From the NCBI RefSeq assembly GCF_000698785.1, contig NZ_CP007536.1:930001-962000 (forward strand): a stretch of DNA of 32,000 nucleotides. The letters are read 5' to 3'. This document shows, one piece after another, positions 31,827 through 32,000 of the stretch. A program made the position numbers and the translations under genes. This DNA is from Nitrososphaera viennensis EN76. Its GTDB lineage: Archaea > Thermoproteota > Nitrososphaeria > Nitrososphaerales > Nitrososphaeraceae. Below the pieces are notes generated by a model. The model ran no database searches, was not told where the DNA came from, and saw only the letters and a list, made by a program, of their open reading frames with translations. Position 1 is the stretch's first letter. Every line of letters begins with the position of its first letter.

Positions 31827-32000
31827 GGTGTACGCCCCATCCTGCTTCCAGATATGTCTTATGTAAAAGAAATACACGGTCGTTAGGGCAAATCCTTTTA
31901 CCCGCGAAAGGGAACGATAGGATCAAGCGCCTTGCTCTCACCCACCGTTGACCTCAAGCAGATACAGGCAAGGGCCGAGCGCACCATAGAAAAAGGCGTC

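Noticed and set aside
31932-32000. A possible start of a plus-strand gene at TTG 31932 (LSPTVDLKQIQARAERTIEKGV...) running off the right edge.
   Set aside because: Only 23 codons are visible, the start is non-ATG and no motif is present. It is plausible but cannot be supported from this window.

Overview
The window reads as an ordinary chromosomal segment of a moderately GC-rich archaeon, probably an ammonia-oxidising thaumarchaeon of the Nitrososphaerales type. That assignment is an inference from four things: membrane-anchored blue-copper proteins, F420 FO-synthase genes cofG/cofH, A/T-rich TATA-like boxes about 24-35 nt upstream of many start codons, and a multi-intron tRNA. I support about 38 protein genes. 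They include etfB-etfA-fixCX, a compact uvrB-uvrA-uvrC cluster, asnB, an alanine-dehydrogenase-family gene, two type-1 copper proteins, cofG-cofH, an HtrA-like protease, a membrane GT2 glycosyltransferase, an SRPBCC protein, cbtB-cbtA, several small wHTH/ArsR regulators and several hypothetical membrane or secreted proteins. I see no rRNA, CRISPR array, transposase or integrase. Most long ORFs in the supplied track that lie antisense to these genes are GC-driven shadow frames. The items most worth a second look are these. (1) A 541-aa cysteine-rich M23 metallopeptidase is fused to five near-identical 46-aa Trp-rich repeats; it has no signal peptide and an odd, possibly truncated 5' end. (2) A tRNA-Trp(CCA) gene, hidden under two spurious track ORFs, carries two introns, one canonical at 37/38 and one in the T-loop. 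(3) An untracked 38-codon ORF is 42 percent Cys+His and shares a CTAG stop overlap with a blue-copper protein gene. (4) An untracked 42-aa double-CxxC zinc-ribbon ORF lies next to uvrB. (5) UvrC lacks the C-terminal HhH domain. (6) cbtBA and a divergent wHTH gene share one TATA box. (7) A low-GC patch abuts the tRNA. All functional calls rest on motifs recognised by eye. No database search was run.
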